A stretch of DNA of 44,006 nt from Minisyncoccota bacterium (lineage in GTDB: Bacteria > Patescibacteriota > Minisyncoccia > Phycocordibacterales > JAACPR01), in assembly GCA_041674225.1 (NCBI GenBank), contig JBAYWG010000004.1, positions 1 through 44,006 of the forward strand. Direction: 5' to 3'. The translations under genes were made by a program, and so were the position numbers. Of this stretch, positions 1-10,472 are shown one piece after another; positions within the stretch are counted from its first letter, which is position 1, and each line of letters opens with the position of its first letter. The notes under the pieces are model-generated. The model ran no database searches. It was not told the DNA's origin and was given only the letters and a program-made list of their open reading frames with translations.

Positions 1-399
1 ACAGATTTCAACAAACTGATTGTTACAATCGAAACTGACGGAACAATTTCTCCAAAACAAGCTCTTGAAAATTCAATCGAAATTATGATTTCTCAACTTA
101 AAGCCATTGTTGGTTTCAAAGAAGAATTCATTTTTGAAGAAAAAGCTACTGAAGTTTCTGAAGAATCTTCAGACAACGAATCAAAAGGAGACGAAATGGA
201 AGATTTCCTAAAAACTCGAGTTGAAACTCTTGATTTATCAGCCCGAACAATCTCATCTCTAACAACAGCTGGTATCAGAACTGTTGGAGGTCTAGCTCGA
301 AAAAAGGAGGAAGATATCCTTGCTTTGGAGGGTCTAGGAGAAAAAGGTCTTCAAGAAATCAAAAGAATATTGGGTAATCACGGAATTATCCTTAAATAG
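1..399 (+). CDS. rpoA: RNA polymerase alpha subunit, C-terminal portion (5' end lies upstream of the window)
   Basis: Frame 1 is open from nt 1 (TDFNKLIVTIETDGTISPKQALENSIEIMISQL...). An acidic linker is followed by the alpha-CTD helix-hairpin-helix block LDLSARTISSLTTAGIRTVGGLARKKEEDILALEGLGEKGLQEI. It is followed by rplQ, as in the conserved rpoA-rplQ arrangement. Confidence 0.9.
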   Translation, partial: TDFNKLIVTIETDGTISPKQALENSIEIMISQLKAIVGFKEEFIFEEKATEVSEESSDNESKGDEMEDFLKTRVETLDLSARTISSLTTAGIRTVGGLARKKEEDILALEGLGEKGLQEIKRILGNHGIILK

Positions 400-441
400 T
401 CTTTACAATAATCCTAGTCTGCGATAGTCTATAACCCACCG

Positions 442-798
442 ATGAAACACCACGATTCAAAAAGAAAATTTGGAAGAGAAAAAAATCAGTATAATGCACT
501 GATGCGGTCTCTTGCTCGTTCTCTTATAAAATACGAGACAATAGTTACAACTGAAGCAAAAGCAAAAGAACTACGACCATACATTGAAGAAATGGTTACA
601 AAAGCTCGAGTAGACAATCTTGCTACAAGAAGACTTCTTTCTTCAAGACTTGGAAATGACGAAGAAATTGCTAAAAAATTAGTTGAAAATATTGCTCCCC
701 AATACATGGAAAGAAATGGTGGATACACTCGAATTATCAAACTACCAATTCGTGTAAGAGACGCTTCAAAGATGGCGCAAATATCTTTTGTAAAATAA
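442..798 (+). CDS. rplQ: 50S ribosomal protein L17
   Basis: 118 aa. MKHHDSKRKFGREKNQYNALMRSLARSLIKYETIVTTEAKAKELRPYIEEMVTKA is a canonical L17 N-terminus. Lies directly after rpoA. Confidence 0.95.
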   Translation: MKHHDSKRKFGREKNQYNALMRSLARSLIKYETIVTTEAKAKELRPYIEEMVTKARVDNLATRRLLSSRLGNDEEIAKKLVENIAPQYMERNGGYTRIIKLPIRVRDASKMAQISFVK

Positions 799-799
799 T

Positions 800-1150
800 A
801 TGAAAATAATCGACGCTAAAGGAAAATCTATCGGACGAGTTGCAACTGAAGCAGCTATGACTCTTATGGGTAAAGACAGAGTAGACTACGAAGCACATAT
901 CATTCAAACAGATGGTGTTCATATTACTAATGCATCACAAGTTATCGTTGATGAAAAGAAACTTTCAGGTAAAAGTAAAAAAGTTTACCGACGATACACT
1001 GGATACCCAGGTGGACTAAAAGACGAATCAATGACAAACGTTATTGCTAAAAAAGGTTACGGAGAAGTATTCAAAAAAGCTATCAGAGGAATGCTTCCTG
1101 CAAACAAACACCGACCAGAACTTTTAAAGAAAATTGAAATTACAGAATAA
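800..1150 (+). CDS. rplM: 50S ribosomal protein L13
   Basis: 116 aa with the L13 blocks GRVATEAAMTLMGK, YRRYTGYPGGLK and RGMLPANKH. Followed by rpsI (conserved rplM-rpsI pair). Confidence 0.95.
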   Translation: MKIIDAKGKSIGRVATEAAMTLMGKDRVDYEAHIIQTDGVHITNASQVIVDEKKLSGKSKKVYRRYTGYPGGLKDESMTNVIAKKGYGEVFKKAIRGMLPANKHRPELLKKIEITE

Positions 1151-1155
1151 ATTAT

Positions 1156-1554
1156 ATGGCAACAGCAAAAACAGATGTATATATTGAAGGAATTGGACGA
1201 CGAAAAGAGTCAGTTGCGCGAGTTCGAATTACTCCTGCATCTAAAACTTCTTTTGTAATCAATGACAAAGCAATTTCTGATTATTTCAAAACAGAAACTC
1301 TACAAAGAATCGTTCAAGAAGCTCTAAACGAAAAAGGTGAGTGGTCAGTTTCTGTAAAAGTAAATGGTGGTGGTGTAAACTCTCAAGCTGAAAGCATCCG
1401 ACTAGGAATTGCTAGAGCACTTATCAAAGACAATCTTGAATTAAGAAAAGATCTAAAAGCAAAAGGATTCTTGAAAAGAGATCCTCGAGTAAAAGAAAGA
1501 AGAAAGTTCGGTTTGAAGAAAGCTCGAAAATCTGCACAGTGGAGCAAACGATAA
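1156..1554 (+). CDS. rpsI: 30S ribosomal protein S9
   Basis: 132 aa with GIGRRKESVARVRI and GGGVNSQAESIRLGIARAL, and the basic C-terminus RKFGLKKARKSAQWSKR typical of S9. Confidence 0.95.
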   Translation: MATAKTDVYIEGIGRRKESVARVRITPASKTSFVINDKAISDYFKTETLQRIVQEALNEKGEWSVSVKVNGGGVNSQAESIRLGIARALIKDNLELRKDLKAKGFLKRDPRVKERRKFGLKKARKSAQWSKR

Positions 1555-1591
1555 AATTGCCGTTATACTTTGGGCGGTAAGTTAAAAAATT

Positions 1592-2170
1592 ATGCCTGAC
1601 ACAAACAACGACAACATCATACAAAACGAAGACGAAATCATTTACGATAATGAAGACAGTTTTGATTCACTTTCTGACGCTACAGACAAAATTAAAAAAC
1701 TAAAAGCTGAACTAAAATCGTGCAAAGAAGAGAAGCAAGAATATCTGGACGGATGGCAAAGATCAAAAGCTGATTTTGTAAATTTGAAAAAAAGAAATGC
1801 TGATGAAGTTTTAGAATTTAGAGACAGAGCAGCAGAAGGTTTTGCAATGGATTTACTTCCGGTATTAGACAGCTTCGATATGGCTTTCAAAAATAAAGTT
1901 GCTTGGGAATCAGCTCCAGAACAATGGCGAAAAGGAATTGAATATATTTACTCACAAATTATTTCTGTATTAGAAAACAATCAAGTACAAGTCATCAATC
2001 CAATCGGAAAAGATTTTGACCCAAACACACACCACTCCGCTATGAATGTCCCCGTGGAAGACGCCACGCAGGACGGGAAGGTTGTAGAGGTGATTCTAAA
2101 GGGGTACAAGATCAAAGATCGCGTTTTGCGACCTGCACATGTTAAAGTAGGGTCCTTAGATTCAAATTAG
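1592..2170 (+). CDS. grpE: Nucleotide exchange factor GrpE
   Basis: 192 aa. N-terminal coiled coil ([34 protein letters not shown]) and C-terminal beta domain (NTHHSAM..., VLRPAHVKV). Immediately upstream of dnaK. Confidence 0.9.
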   Translation: MPDTNNDNIIQNEDEIIYDNEDSFDSLSDATDKIKKLKAELKSCKEEKQEYLDGWQRSKADFVNLKKRNADEVLEFRDRAAEGFAMDLLPVLDSFDMAFKNKVAWESAPEQWRKGIEYIYSQIISVLENNQVQVINPIGKDFDPNTHHSAMNVPVEDATQDGKVVEVILKGYKIKDRVLRPAHVKVGSLDSN

Positions 2171-2190
2171 AGGTTAACTTTAAAATTTAT

Positions 2191-4098
2191 ATGGGAAAAA
2201 TAATTGGAATAGATTTAGGAACAACAAACTCAGCAGTAGCCTTTGTAGAAGGAGGTGAACCTGTGATTATCGAAAACTCAGAAGGAAACAGAACAACTCC
2301 TTCTATTGTTGCGATTTCAAAAACAGGAGAAAGACTTGTTGGGCTTACAGCCAAAAGACAATCTGTTACAAATCCAAAAAACACTGTTTTTGGTATTAAG
2401 AGATTTATCGGACACGCATTCGATGAAGCTTCTGTTTCAAAAGACAAAGAAACAATTCCATATGATATTAAGAAATCTGAAAACGGAGGTGTAGAAGTAC
2501 ACATGTCTGGAAAAGAATATCGACCAGAAGAAATTTCTGCGATGATTCTACAAAAACTAAAAGCAGACGCAGAAGCAAAACTAGGTGAACCAGTTACAGA
2601 AGCTGTTATCACTGTGCCTGCATATTTTAATGACGCACAAAGACAAGCTACAAAAGATGCTGGAAAGATTGCCGGTCTTGATGTGAAAAGAATCATCAAC
2701 GAACCTACAGCCGCAGCTCTAGCTTATGGTTTTAATAATAAAAAAGACGAAAAAATTGTTGTATTCGATTTTGGAGGAGGAACATTCGACGTTTCTGTTT
2801 TGGAAGTAGGAGACGATGTGATCGAAGTGAAATCAACTGGAGGAGATAGTCACTTGGGAGGAAAAGACATCGATCAAAACATTATCAAATGGATTGTTGC
2901 AGAATTTAAAAAACAATCTGGAATTGATATTTCTGGAGATGCTTTGGCAATGCAAAGACTTTATGAAGAATCAGAAAAAGCAAAGATTGAACTTTCAACA
3001 GCAAAAGAAACTGAAATCAATATTCCATTCATTACATCTGGCGCAAATGGACCAGAGCATTTAGCTTTGAAATTCTCACGAACACAACTTGAAGAAATTA
3101 CTCGAGAATATGTAGATCGAGCAATTGATATCACAAAGCGAACTCTAGAATCTTCTACATTCAAAATTGCTGATATTGATAACGTGATTCTAGTCGGAGG
3201 ACAAACAAGAATGCCATTGATTCAAGAAGAAGTGAAGAAGTTTTTTGGAAAAGAACCAAATCGATCAATCAACCCTGATGAAGTGGTGGCTTTAGGAGCT
3301 GCTCTACAAGGAGGAATTCTACAAGGAGATGTAAAAGATATTCTTTTGTTAGATGTTATTCCACTTTCACTTGGTATTGAAACTCTAGGAGGTGTAGCTA
3401 CAAAGTTGATTGAAAAAAACACAACAATCCCTTCTTCAAAATCTCAAACTTTTTCAACAGCAGGAGATAATCAAACACAAGTAGAAATTCACGTTGTACA
3501 AGGTGAAAGAGCGATGGCAACTGACAACAAAAGTCTTGGTAAATTTGTTTTGGATGGAATTCCACCAGCACCTAGAGGAGTGCCACAAGTGGAAGTGAGT
3601 TTTGATGTGGATGCAAACGGAATTTTGAAAGTAACAGCCAAAGATAAAGCTAGTGGAAAAGAACAATCAATCCGAATCGAAGCGAGCTCAGGACTAACAG
3701 AAGAAGATATCAAAAAAATGCAACAAGATGCAGAAGCTCATGCAGCAGAAGATGAAAAGAAAAAAGAATTGATTGATGTAAAAAATCTTGCAGAACAATT
3801 AGCTTACACAGCAGAAAAAGCTCTGAAAGATGCAGAAGGAAAAATTCCAGAAGAACTAAAAACAAATATCACTTCAAAAATCGAAGTTCTTCGAAAAGAA
3901 AAAGAATCTGGAGATATTGATTCAATCAAAAAAGCTACAGAAGAACTTTCAACTGAAATGCAAAAGATTGGTGAACACATGTCACAAAATCAAACTCAAT
4001 CAGCTCCAGAGGAAAATCCTGCAGAAAATGTTCGCGACGCTGAAGTAGATGAGAATCCTAAAGATGAGGATGCTAAAAAAGAAGGAGAGAATAATTAA
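2191..4098 (+). CDS. dnaK: Molecular chaperone DnaK (Hsp70)
   Basis: 635 aa with the Hsp70 signatures [19 protein letters not shown] and [10 protein letters not shown], plus an acidic C-terminal tail. Confidence 0.98.
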   Translation: MGKIIGIDLGTTNSAVAFVEGGEPVIIENSEGNRTTPSIVAISKTGERLVGLTAKRQSVTNPKNTVFGIKRFIGHAFDEASVSKDKETIPYDIKKSENGGVEVHMSGKEYRPEEISAMILQKLKADAEAKLGEPVTEAVITVPAYFNDAQRQATKDAGKIAGLDVKRIINEPTAAALAYGFNNKKDEKIVVFDFGGGTFDVSVLEVGDDVIEVKSTGGDSHLGGKDIDQNIIKWIVAEFKKQSGIDISGDALAMQRLYEESEKAKIELSTAKETEINIPFITSGANGPEHLALKFSRTQLEEITREYVDRAIDITKRTLESSTFKIADIDNVILVGGQTRMPLIQEEVKKFFGKEPNRSINPDEVVALGAALQGGILQGDVKDILLLDVIPLSLGIETLGGVATKLIEKNTTIPSSKSQTFSTAGDNQTQVEIHVVQGERAMATDNKSLGKFVLDGIPPAPRGVPQVEVSFDVDANGILKVTAKDKASGKEQSIRIEASSGLTEEDIKKMQQDAEAHAAEDEKKKELIDVKNLAEQLAYTAEKALKDAEGKIPEELKTNITSKIEVLRKEKESGDIDSIKKATEELSTEMQKIGEHMSQNQTQSAPEENPAENVRDAEVDENPKDEDAKKEGENN

Positions 4099-4103
4099 GC
4101 TGA

Positions 4104-4982
4104 ATGGCAGCAAATGACTACTACAAAACGTTAGGTGTAGAAAAAACTGCTTCGCAAGATGAAATTAAAAAAGCGTTTAGAAAACTAGCGCAACAACATC
4201 ACCCAGATAAACCAACTGGGGACGAAGCGAAGTTCAAAGAATTAAACGAAGCCTACACTGTTTTATCTGATCCGCAAAAACGAGCTCAATATGATCAATT
4301 TGGGTCTGGTTTTTCTGGTGGTCAAAATGGTGGTGGAGCAGGGGGATTCGGTGGATTTGATTTCAGCGGATTTGCTCAAAACTATTCTCAAGGTGGAGTG
4401 GAGTTTGATTTGAACGATTTATTTGGTTCTATTTTCAATGGAGGATTTCAAAGAGTTCGCAAAGGTGCCGACATTGTGATGGATATTACAATAGACTTTA
4501 AAGCTTCAATTCTCGGCGAAGCGAAGAAAATTACTGTAAATAGAGTGTCTGGTGGCAAAGAAGAAATTTCTTTCAATGTTCCACCTGGTATTGATGATGG
4601 TGAGACTCTACGAATCACAGAAAAAGGTGAACCTTCAAAAGACAAAGGTGGAAGACCTGGAAATCTTTATGTGCGTATACATGTGCGACCACATGAATCA
4701 CTTCGAAAAGAAGGAATTCATTTGGTAACAAATTTAAAATTGAAATTGTCTGATGCAATTCTTGGAACAACTTACGAAGTAGATACACTGGAAGAAAAAA
4801 TGACAATCAAAATTCCAAAAGGAATTACTCACGGGGAAGTTTTGAGAATAAAAGGAAAAGGTGTGCCGGTCGGTGGAAGAAGTGTGGGGGATTTGTTGAT
4901 TCAAGTTTTTATCGACATCCCTCAAAATATTTCGAAGAAGGCAAAAGAAGCGATCGAGACATTACGCACAGAAGGATACTAG
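4104..4982 (+). CDS. dnaJ: J-domain co-chaperone, type II (DnaJ/CbpA-like, no zinc-finger domain)
   Basis: J domain with HPD (DYYKTLGV...QHHPDK), a G/F-rich linker and two C-terminal beta-sandwich domains. The 292-aa protein has no cysteine at all, so the CxxCxGxG repeats are absent. Confidence 0.85.
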   Translation: MAANDYYKTLGVEKTASQDEIKKAFRKLAQQHHPDKPTGDEAKFKELNEAYTVLSDPQKRAQYDQFGSGFSGGQNGGGAGGFGGFDFSGFAQNYSQGGVEFDLNDLFGSIFNGGFQRVRKGADIVMDITIDFKASILGEAKKITVNRVSGGKEEISFNVPPGIDDGETLRITEKGEPSKDKGGRPGNLYVRIHVRPHESLRKEGIHLVTNLKLKLSDAILGTTYEVDTLEEKMTIKIPKGITHGEVLRIKGKGVPVGGRSVGDLLIQVFIDIPQNISKKAKEAIETLRTEGY

Positions 4983-5015
4983 CTAGCAGATGATAATGAG
5001 TTTATAATTAAACGG

Positions 5016-5483
5016 ATGTTTTCGTTTGGATTTTTAACTTTGGATATAATTATTGTACTCGCAATATTTATCGGTTCAGTTTTTCTTTCTTTCACTAAAG
5101 GTGAATATATTTTAGCTAGATTTCTTTTAACATTTTATCCTGCGACATTATTTTTTCTTTATTTTCCTTATATCGATTTAGATACAGCTATTTCACAGGT
5201 GATTACATACGTTGTGATCTTTGCAGGATTTTATTTTTTGTTGAAAAAGAACTTCACAACAGGTAGATCATATAAAACTTCAAAGAGATTATTTGATTCT
5301 ATAATTTTAGGGTTATCAACAGTTGTGACAATCATGACTATCTATTATCATGTTATCCCCCTAGATACGCTTTGGAGAGTTAGTTTGCCTTTTTCACAAT
5401 ATTTAACTTCAATTGTTCCATTCGGTGTTTGGATGCTGGTACCAATTATTGCTTTAACTTTTACACACAAACACAATGCCTGA
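5016..5483 (+). CDS. Integral membrane protein, CvpA-like (tentative)
   Basis: 155 aa with about 4 hydrophobic helices. The N-terminal LDIIIVLAIFIGSVFLSFTKG resembles the CvpA family N-terminus. The stop overlaps the start of the next gene. Confidence 0.5.
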   Translation: MFSFGFLTLDIIIVLAIFIGSVFLSFTKGEYILARFLLTFYPATLFFLYFPYIDLDTAISQVITYVVIFAGFYFLLKKNFTTGRSYKTSKRLFDSIILGLSTVVTIMTIYYHVIPLDTLWRVSLPFSQYLTSIVPFGVWMLVPIIALTFTHKHNA

Positions 5484-6411
5484 TGAAAATAAAAAACGGA
5501 CAAACAAAACACTTCTACTCGTTTTAATTGTATTAACAATTTGTACCTCAGTATTTTTATTTACAGAAACTCTAAGTGACCAAATTCTTTTTGCAATCTC
5601 AGTTTTAATTGGAATTATTTTGATTAGAAATTCTTTTCAAGAAAATCAACAATTTGAAACAATGCGATCACTGGTCGCAAAATCAAAAAACATGAATGTT
5701 CAATTAAAAGAATTGGATTATTTAAAAACAGAATTTGTTTCTCTGGCTTCACACCAACTCCGATCTCCGTTAGCAAAGATTCAAGGATATTCTTCGATGA
5801 TTTTAGAAGAAGAATTTGGGAAGTTACCTGAAAATCTAAAAGAACCTCTACAAAGAATATTTCTTTCAAGTCAAAATCTAGGTTCTTTGCTAAATGATTT
5901 CCTTGATGTAGCACAAATAGAAAAGGGCCAAGCTGTTTATGATTTAAAACCAGTAAATGTAGTGGAAGTTTTAAATAAAGTCTCAGATAGTTTCAAAGAT
6001 GTGTTTGATAACACCGGAATCGCTTTCAAAACTACTTATGACAAAACTTCTGAAGCAAAAGTCTTGGGAGATTTCAAAAAAATTGAGAGTGCTGTCTCAA
6101 AAATTTTGGATAATGCTATTCGATACACTCCACAAGGACAGATCACTCTATCATTAGCAGAAAAAAACGATGATTTGATTATTACAATCAAAGATACTGG
6201 TGTGGGAATTGATCAAGAAGAGATTGATGAACTGTTTCAAAAGTTTAGAAGAGGAAAGAATTCATACAATGTTTCTGTTGCAGGAAGTGGTTTAGGCTTG
6301 TATGTGGCCAGAGAGATAGTTGAATCGCAAGAGGGGCGAATTTGGCTTAAATCAGAGGGTACTGGAAAGGGAGCTTCAGCCTTTATTGCGTTTCCTTTAT
6401 TAAGAAACTAG
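5476..6411 (+). CDS. Sensor histidine kinase (HisKA + HATPase_c), no cognate regulator adjacent
   Basis: Two N-terminal TM helices, H-box FVSLASHQLRSPL, N-box ILDNAIRYTP, and G-boxes DTGVGI and GSGLGLYVAREIV. Overlaps the upstream ORF by 8 nt. Confidence 0.85.
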   Translation: MPDENKKRTNKTLLLVLIVLTICTSVFLFTETLSDQILFAISVLIGIILIRNSFQENQQFETMRSLVAKSKNMNVQLKELDYLKTEFVSLASHQLRSPLAKIQGYSSMILEEEFGKLPENLKEPLQRIFLSSQNLGSLLNDFLDVAQIEKGQAVYDLKPVNVVEVLNKVSDSFKDVFDNTGIAFKTTYDKTSEAKVLGDFKKIESAVSKILDNAIRYTPQGQITLSLAEKNDDLIITIKDTGVGIDQEEIDELFQKFRRGKNSYNVSVAGSGLGLYVAREIVESQEGRIWLKSEGTGKGASAFIAFPLLRN

Positions 6412-6420
6412 AATAGATAA

Positions 6421-7395
6421 ATGAGCAAAAAATTAATCACAGGAGTAAAGCCAACAGGGATAATTCATATCGGAAACTATTTTGGAGCGATAAAGCCTTT
6501 CGCCGATATTCAAAAAGAATATAATTCTTCAATTTTCATCGCGGACCTTCATGCTATTACAAGTGTGCAAGATAAAAAAACTCTCGAGAATCAAATTATC
6601 GAAACTGCAATTGCATATCTTTCTGCTGGGATAGATTTAAAGAAAACAAATATTTTTAAACAAAGTGATTTACCGGAAGTGACAGAGCTAGCTTGGACTT
6701 TTTCTTGTTTGAGTACAATGCCATATATTATGCGAGCTCATTCTTTCAAAGATGCAGAAGCAAAGAACCACGAAATCAATGTGGGTGTTTTCACATATCC
6801 GATTCTTATGGCTGCAGATATTTTACTTTCAGGTGCGGAATTTGTGCCAGTTGGGAAAGATCAAGAACAACATTTAGAAATCGCGCGAGATATCGCAGAC
6901 AAATTCAACCGAACATACGGAGAGACTTTTGTTTTGCCAAAAGCAATTATTCAAAAAGAAGTTGCAACAGTTCCGGGTATCGATGGGCAGAAAATGAGCA
7001 AGAGTTATGGAAATACAATTTCACTTTTTGCGACAGATGAAGAGATTGATAAATTGGTAGCGGTGATCCCAACAGATTCAACTCCAGTAGATGCTCCCAA
7101 AAATCCAGACACAAATAATATTTTTAATATTCATAAATTGATTTTGAATGAATCAGAGGTAGCAGAACTGCGAAAGAAATACGAAACTCCAGGAATGGGA
7201 TATCAAGAAGCAAAAAAAATGTTAGCTGCAGATTTGAAAGCTTTTATTAAACCTTTCCGAGAAAAAAGAGAGTTCTACTTAAAAAACCCTAAAAAAATTC
7301 TAAAGATTCTTAAAAAAGGAGGTAAAATCGCCCGCAAAAACGCACTTGCCAAAATGAAAGAAGTGCGACAAAAGATCGGTTACGGCTTGTATTAA
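6421..7395 (+). CDS. trpS: Tryptophan--tRNA ligase
   Basis: 324 aa class I aaRS with a HIGH-type motif (IIHIGNYFG) and KMSKS. Overall TrpRS-like sequence (TGVKPTG..., YPILMAADIL). Confidence 0.92.
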   Translation: MSKKLITGVKPTGIIHIGNYFGAIKPFADIQKEYNSSIFIADLHAITSVQDKKTLENQIIETAIAYLSAGIDLKKTNIFKQSDLPEVTELAWTFSCLSTMPYIMRAHSFKDAEAKNHEINVGVFTYPILMAADILLSGAEFVPVGKDQEQHLEIARDIADKFNRTYGETFVLPKAIIQKEVATVPGIDGQKMSKSYGNTISLFATDEEIDKLVAVIPTDSTPVDAPKNPDTNNIFNIHKLILNESEVAELRKKYETPGMGYQEAKKMLAADLKAFIKPFREKREFYLKNPKKILKILKKGGKIARKNALAKMKEVRQKIGYGLY

Positions 7396-7469
7396 ACCAA
7401 GTTTTGTAAACCACTCCACAATCTGTTAAAATTAGGCTTGTATTTATTGGGTTAATTAATTTATATTTT

Positions 7470-8078
7470 ATGAAAATAGCAGCAATTATTGTAGTTTTAA
7501 TTTTATTGGGAGCAGCAGCAGTTTTAATTTTTAGCCCAAAGGCTCCAAAAGACGTACAGAATCTACAAGTTGAAGACACAAACACACAAACACAAGCGAC
7601 TTCAATAACAGGCGCAAAAGATGGAAACATCGAATTAACAAGTTTTAGTTATGTTGGATACGGTCCAGGAAAATCTCATACAGGAGTTTTTGAAGAATAC
7701 GAAGTACGAAATGTAAAAGTAAATGAAGCAGGAGTACCAGTGGCAGGAGAACTTGTTATCCAAACTGCTTCTGTAAAAACAGACACAGCGATGCTTGATA
7801 CTCACTTGATGGAAAAAGCAGAATTTTTTGATTCAGCAAAATATCCAGAAATAATTTTCACATTATCAAACGCAACAGAAATCGGAAAAGGAACATACCA
7901 AGTGAGCGGAGATTTGAAAGTGAAAGATATTACAAAGAAAGTTGGATTCACAGTAAATGCGATGAGCGCCGAAACATTCAGCGCAGAATTTAAACTAAAC
8001 ATGAACGACTTTGGATTTACAGCACCAGGAATCGTAGATGAAGAAGTATTAATCAAGTTCGCAGGTAAAGTTAATTAA
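7470..8078 (+). CDS. YceI-like periplasmic/exported protein
   Basis: N-terminal TM/signal followed by a YceI-type pattern (HTGVFEEYEV..., LDTHLMEKAEFFDSAKYPEIIF, GDLKVKDITKKV). Confidence 0.7.
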   Translation: MKIAAIIVVLILLGAAAVLIFSPKAPKDVQNLQVEDTNTQTQATSITGAKDGNIELTSFSYVGYGPGKSHTGVFEEYEVRNVKVNEAGVPVAGELVIQTASVKTDTAMLDTHLMEKAEFFDSAKYPEIIFTLSNATEIGKGTYQVSGDLKVKDITKKVGFTVNAMSAETFSAEFKLNMNDFGFTAPGIVDEEVLIKFAGKVN

Positions 8079-8093
8079 TACCCAAATTAAAAG

Positions 8094-8828
8094 ATGCAAG
8101 ATAATTTCAAAATCAAAACAGAAGTTTTTGAAGGACCTTTGGAATTATTACTGTCTCTTATTGAAAAAAGAAAATTATTGATCAACGACATTTCGCTTGC
8201 ACAAGTAACGGATGATTTTATCAAATATCTCGAAAGTCATCCGGAAATGCCGATAAATCAATCCTCACAATTTATAGTTATCGCTAGTACATTGCTTTTG
8301 ATCAAATCTAAATCTCTTTTACCAACACTCACACTGACCGAAGAGGAAAACAAAAACGTAGAAGATTTGGAGTTGAGATTGAAGATTTATCAAAAGTATA
8401 AAGAAGCCGGAGAAAAACTCTCAGAAATTTTTGGAAAGAGTCCACTTTTTGAAAGAAACTTCGTGCCGACAAATGACACGGTGATATTTGCGCCGTCAAA
8501 AAATATTTCAATTGAAAGCTTGAAAGAAGCTGGATTTCGAGTGTTGCAAAAAATTCCAAAAGTGGAAAAACTTCCACAAGCGATTGTGCGTAAAGTAGTT
8601 TCGCTAGAAGAAACAATGCAAAAATTAACTTCTCGAATTAAAAGCAGTTTGCAAATGAGCTTCAAAGATTTTGCAGGAGTTGGAAAAGCAGAGAAAGTAA
8701 ATGTTATAGTTAGTTTTATCGCAATGCTAGAATTGGTAAAGCAGGGAATGATCGCCGTAACTCAGAGTGATGCGTACGAAGATATCAAAATGGAAACGAA
8801 AGATATTTCGACCCCGAATTATTTGTAA
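8094..8828 (+). CDS. scpA: Segregation and condensation protein A
   Basis: 244 aa. FEGPLELLLSLIEKRKLLINDISLAQVTDDF is the conserved ScpA N-terminus. Followed by scpB. Confidence 0.85.
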   Translation: MQDNFKIKTEVFEGPLELLLSLIEKRKLLINDISLAQVTDDFIKYLESHPEMPINQSSQFIVIASTLLLIKSKSLLPTLTLTEEENKNVEDLELRLKIYQKYKEAGEKLSEIFGKSPLFERNFVPTNDTVIFAPSKNISIESLKEAGFRVLQKIPKVEKLPQAIVRKVVSLEETMQKLTSRIKSSLQMSFKDFAGVGKAEKVNVIVSFIAMLELVKQGMIAVTQSDAYEDIKMETKDISTPNYL

Positions 8829-8856
8829 GGATTTATAGAAATGAATTTATAAAATT

Positions 8857-9492
8857 ATGGAAACACAATTATCAGTATCAGCACAAATAGAAAGTATTTT
8901 GTTTTGGAAAGGCGAGCCAATGAGCTTCAGGGATATTTCTAAAATATTAAACATCGATGAAAGTGTTGTGCGCGATAATGTGGTTGTTTTGCAAACTGAA
9001 TTAGAAAACCGCGGAATAGTATTGGTAAATGCTGGTGAAAAATTATCTTTAGCTACACACGCTCAAATGAGTGAAAAAATCGCTGTGCTTCTAAAAGAAG
9101 AACTTTCTCGAGATTTATCAAAAGCAAATATCGAAACTCTCTCAATCATCCTTTATCGTGGCGCTGTCACAAGAAGCGAGATTGATTATATTCGTGGAGT
9201 AAATTCGCAATTTATTTTGCGAGCGCTTTCAATTCGTGGATTGATCGACAGAGAAACAGATCCAAAAGATGAGCGAGCATATTTGTACAAACCAAGTATC
9301 GAACTTTTATCTCATCTTGGAATTACTTCACGAGAAAATCTTCCGGACTTTGAAAAAATAAATTCCGACATTGCAGAGTTTATGAATCAAGGTAAAAATG
9401 ATACAATTTCGGGCGATAATAAAGAAAATATTGAAATGGAGGACGATCCAGAAGATTTCGAAGACACAGCCGACGAAGAAAATACTGAATAA
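8857..9492 (+). CDS. scpB: Segregation and condensation protein B
   Basis: 211 aa with tandem winged-helix pattern (IESILFWKGEPMSFRDISKIL; TLSIILYRGAVTRSEIDYIRGV). Acidic C-terminal tail. Lies downstream of scpA. Confidence 0.8.
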   Translation: METQLSVSAQIESILFWKGEPMSFRDISKILNIDESVVRDNVVVLQTELENRGIVLVNAGEKLSLATHAQMSEKIAVLLKEELSRDLSKANIETLSIILYRGAVTRSEIDYIRGVNSQFILRALSIRGLIDRETDPKDERAYLYKPSIELLSHLGITSRENLPDFEKINSDIAEFMNQGKNDTISGDNKENIEMEDDPEDFEDTADEENTE

Positions 9493-9494
9493 AA

Positions 9495-10460
9495 ATGATT
9501 CAAGAGATTTTAAAGAAACAAAAAAAAGAATTTATAATCATCGGTTCTTCTGTGGCTGGTCTTGTTTTGATTTTGGTAATCTCTTTTGTGTGGGCAAAAA
9601 GCGCAAATGGTGAAATAGAAAAAGAAGAGGAAGTAGTACCGGCACCAGTTGTAGAAGTTGTAAATCCTTTCGAAGAAGTACGACTGACAGCACGTGCAGC
9701 AATCATAAAAGAAGTCGCAACAGGGAAAATTCTTTACGAAAAAAACCCTGATGAAGCTTTGCCTCTCGCATCTCTAACAAAAGTTGTCACAGCTATCACT
9801 GCGCTGGATATTTTGAGCGAAGACGATTTAGTGAGAGTGCATTCTTCGGATTTAGTTTCTGGAAATGATTCTGGTTTTGTAATCGGTTCGTATTTTAGAT
9901 TGAAAGACATGCTAAATGTGTCTTTGGTTTCTTCTTCAAATGGCGCAGCACAAGCGATAGCTGTGGCGGGAGGAGAAAAAATCGCATTAGCTCCAGGCGA
10001 AGCTCTGATTTCTTTTGTAGATAGAATGAATGCAGTGGCTTCGCGAATCGGAATGGAGAAAACAAATTTCAAAAACCCAACAGGACTAGATGAAGAAAAT
10101 GAAACTGTTGCAAGCGCGACTGGTTCTGCTCGCGACATCAGCCGACTCTTTGAATATGTTTTGAAAAATGAACCACAGATTTTTGAAGCGACACGAGAGG
10201 ACTATGTAGTGATAAAATCTCGCGAAGGATACGAACACAAAGTCATCAACACAAACAAAATCGTTGGTGATTTGCCAAATATCATTGGTTCAAAAACAGG
10301 TTATACTGATTTAGCAGGTGGAAACTTGGCTGTGGTGATAGATCCAGGCCTAAACACTCCTGTGGTGATAGTAGTTTTGGGTTCTTCAAAAGAAGGCCGA
10401 TTCAAAGATGTAGAGAGACTTTCAAAAGCTACATTAGATTATTTCTTGTTAAAACAATAA
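9495..10460 (+). CDS. D-alanyl-D-alanine carboxypeptidase (S11, low-MW PBP)
   Basis: N-terminal TM, then SxxK (ASLTKV), SxN (SSSNGAA) and KTG (GSKTGYT) in the canonical order. Confidence 0.8.
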   Translation: MIQEILKKQKKEFIIIGSSVAGLVLILVISFVWAKSANGEIEKEEEVVPAPVVEVVNPFEEVRLTARAAIIKEVATGKILYEKNPDEALPLASLTKVVTAITALDILSEDDLVRVHSSDLVSGNDSGFVIGSYFRLKDMLNVSLVSSSNGAAQAIAVAGGEKIALAPGEALISFVDRMNAVASRIGMEKTNFKNPTGLDEENETVASATGSARDISRLFEYVLKNEPQIFEATREDYVVIKSREGYEHKVINTNKIVGDLPNIIGSKTGYTDLAGGNLAVVIDPGLNTPVVIVVLGSSKEGRFKDVERLSKATLDYFLLKQ

Positions 10461-10472
10461 ATTAAAAACAAA

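Noticed and set aside
2041-2170. GC-richer last ~40 codons of grpE (hand counts about 47-52% versus about 35-43% upstream), considered as a recombination patch or regulatory structure before dnaK
   Set aside because: The shift is modest. The encoded peptide is normal conserved GrpE C-terminus. Only a weak 5-bp hairpin could be drawn.
2187-2699. 170-aa minus-strand ORF, and several other 60-130-aa ORFs antisense to dnaK, dnaJ, the carboxypeptidase gene (9734-10138) and the yqeY-like gene (39441-39758)
   Set aside because: All are embedded antisense in genes with unambiguous conserved products. They are shadow ORFs.
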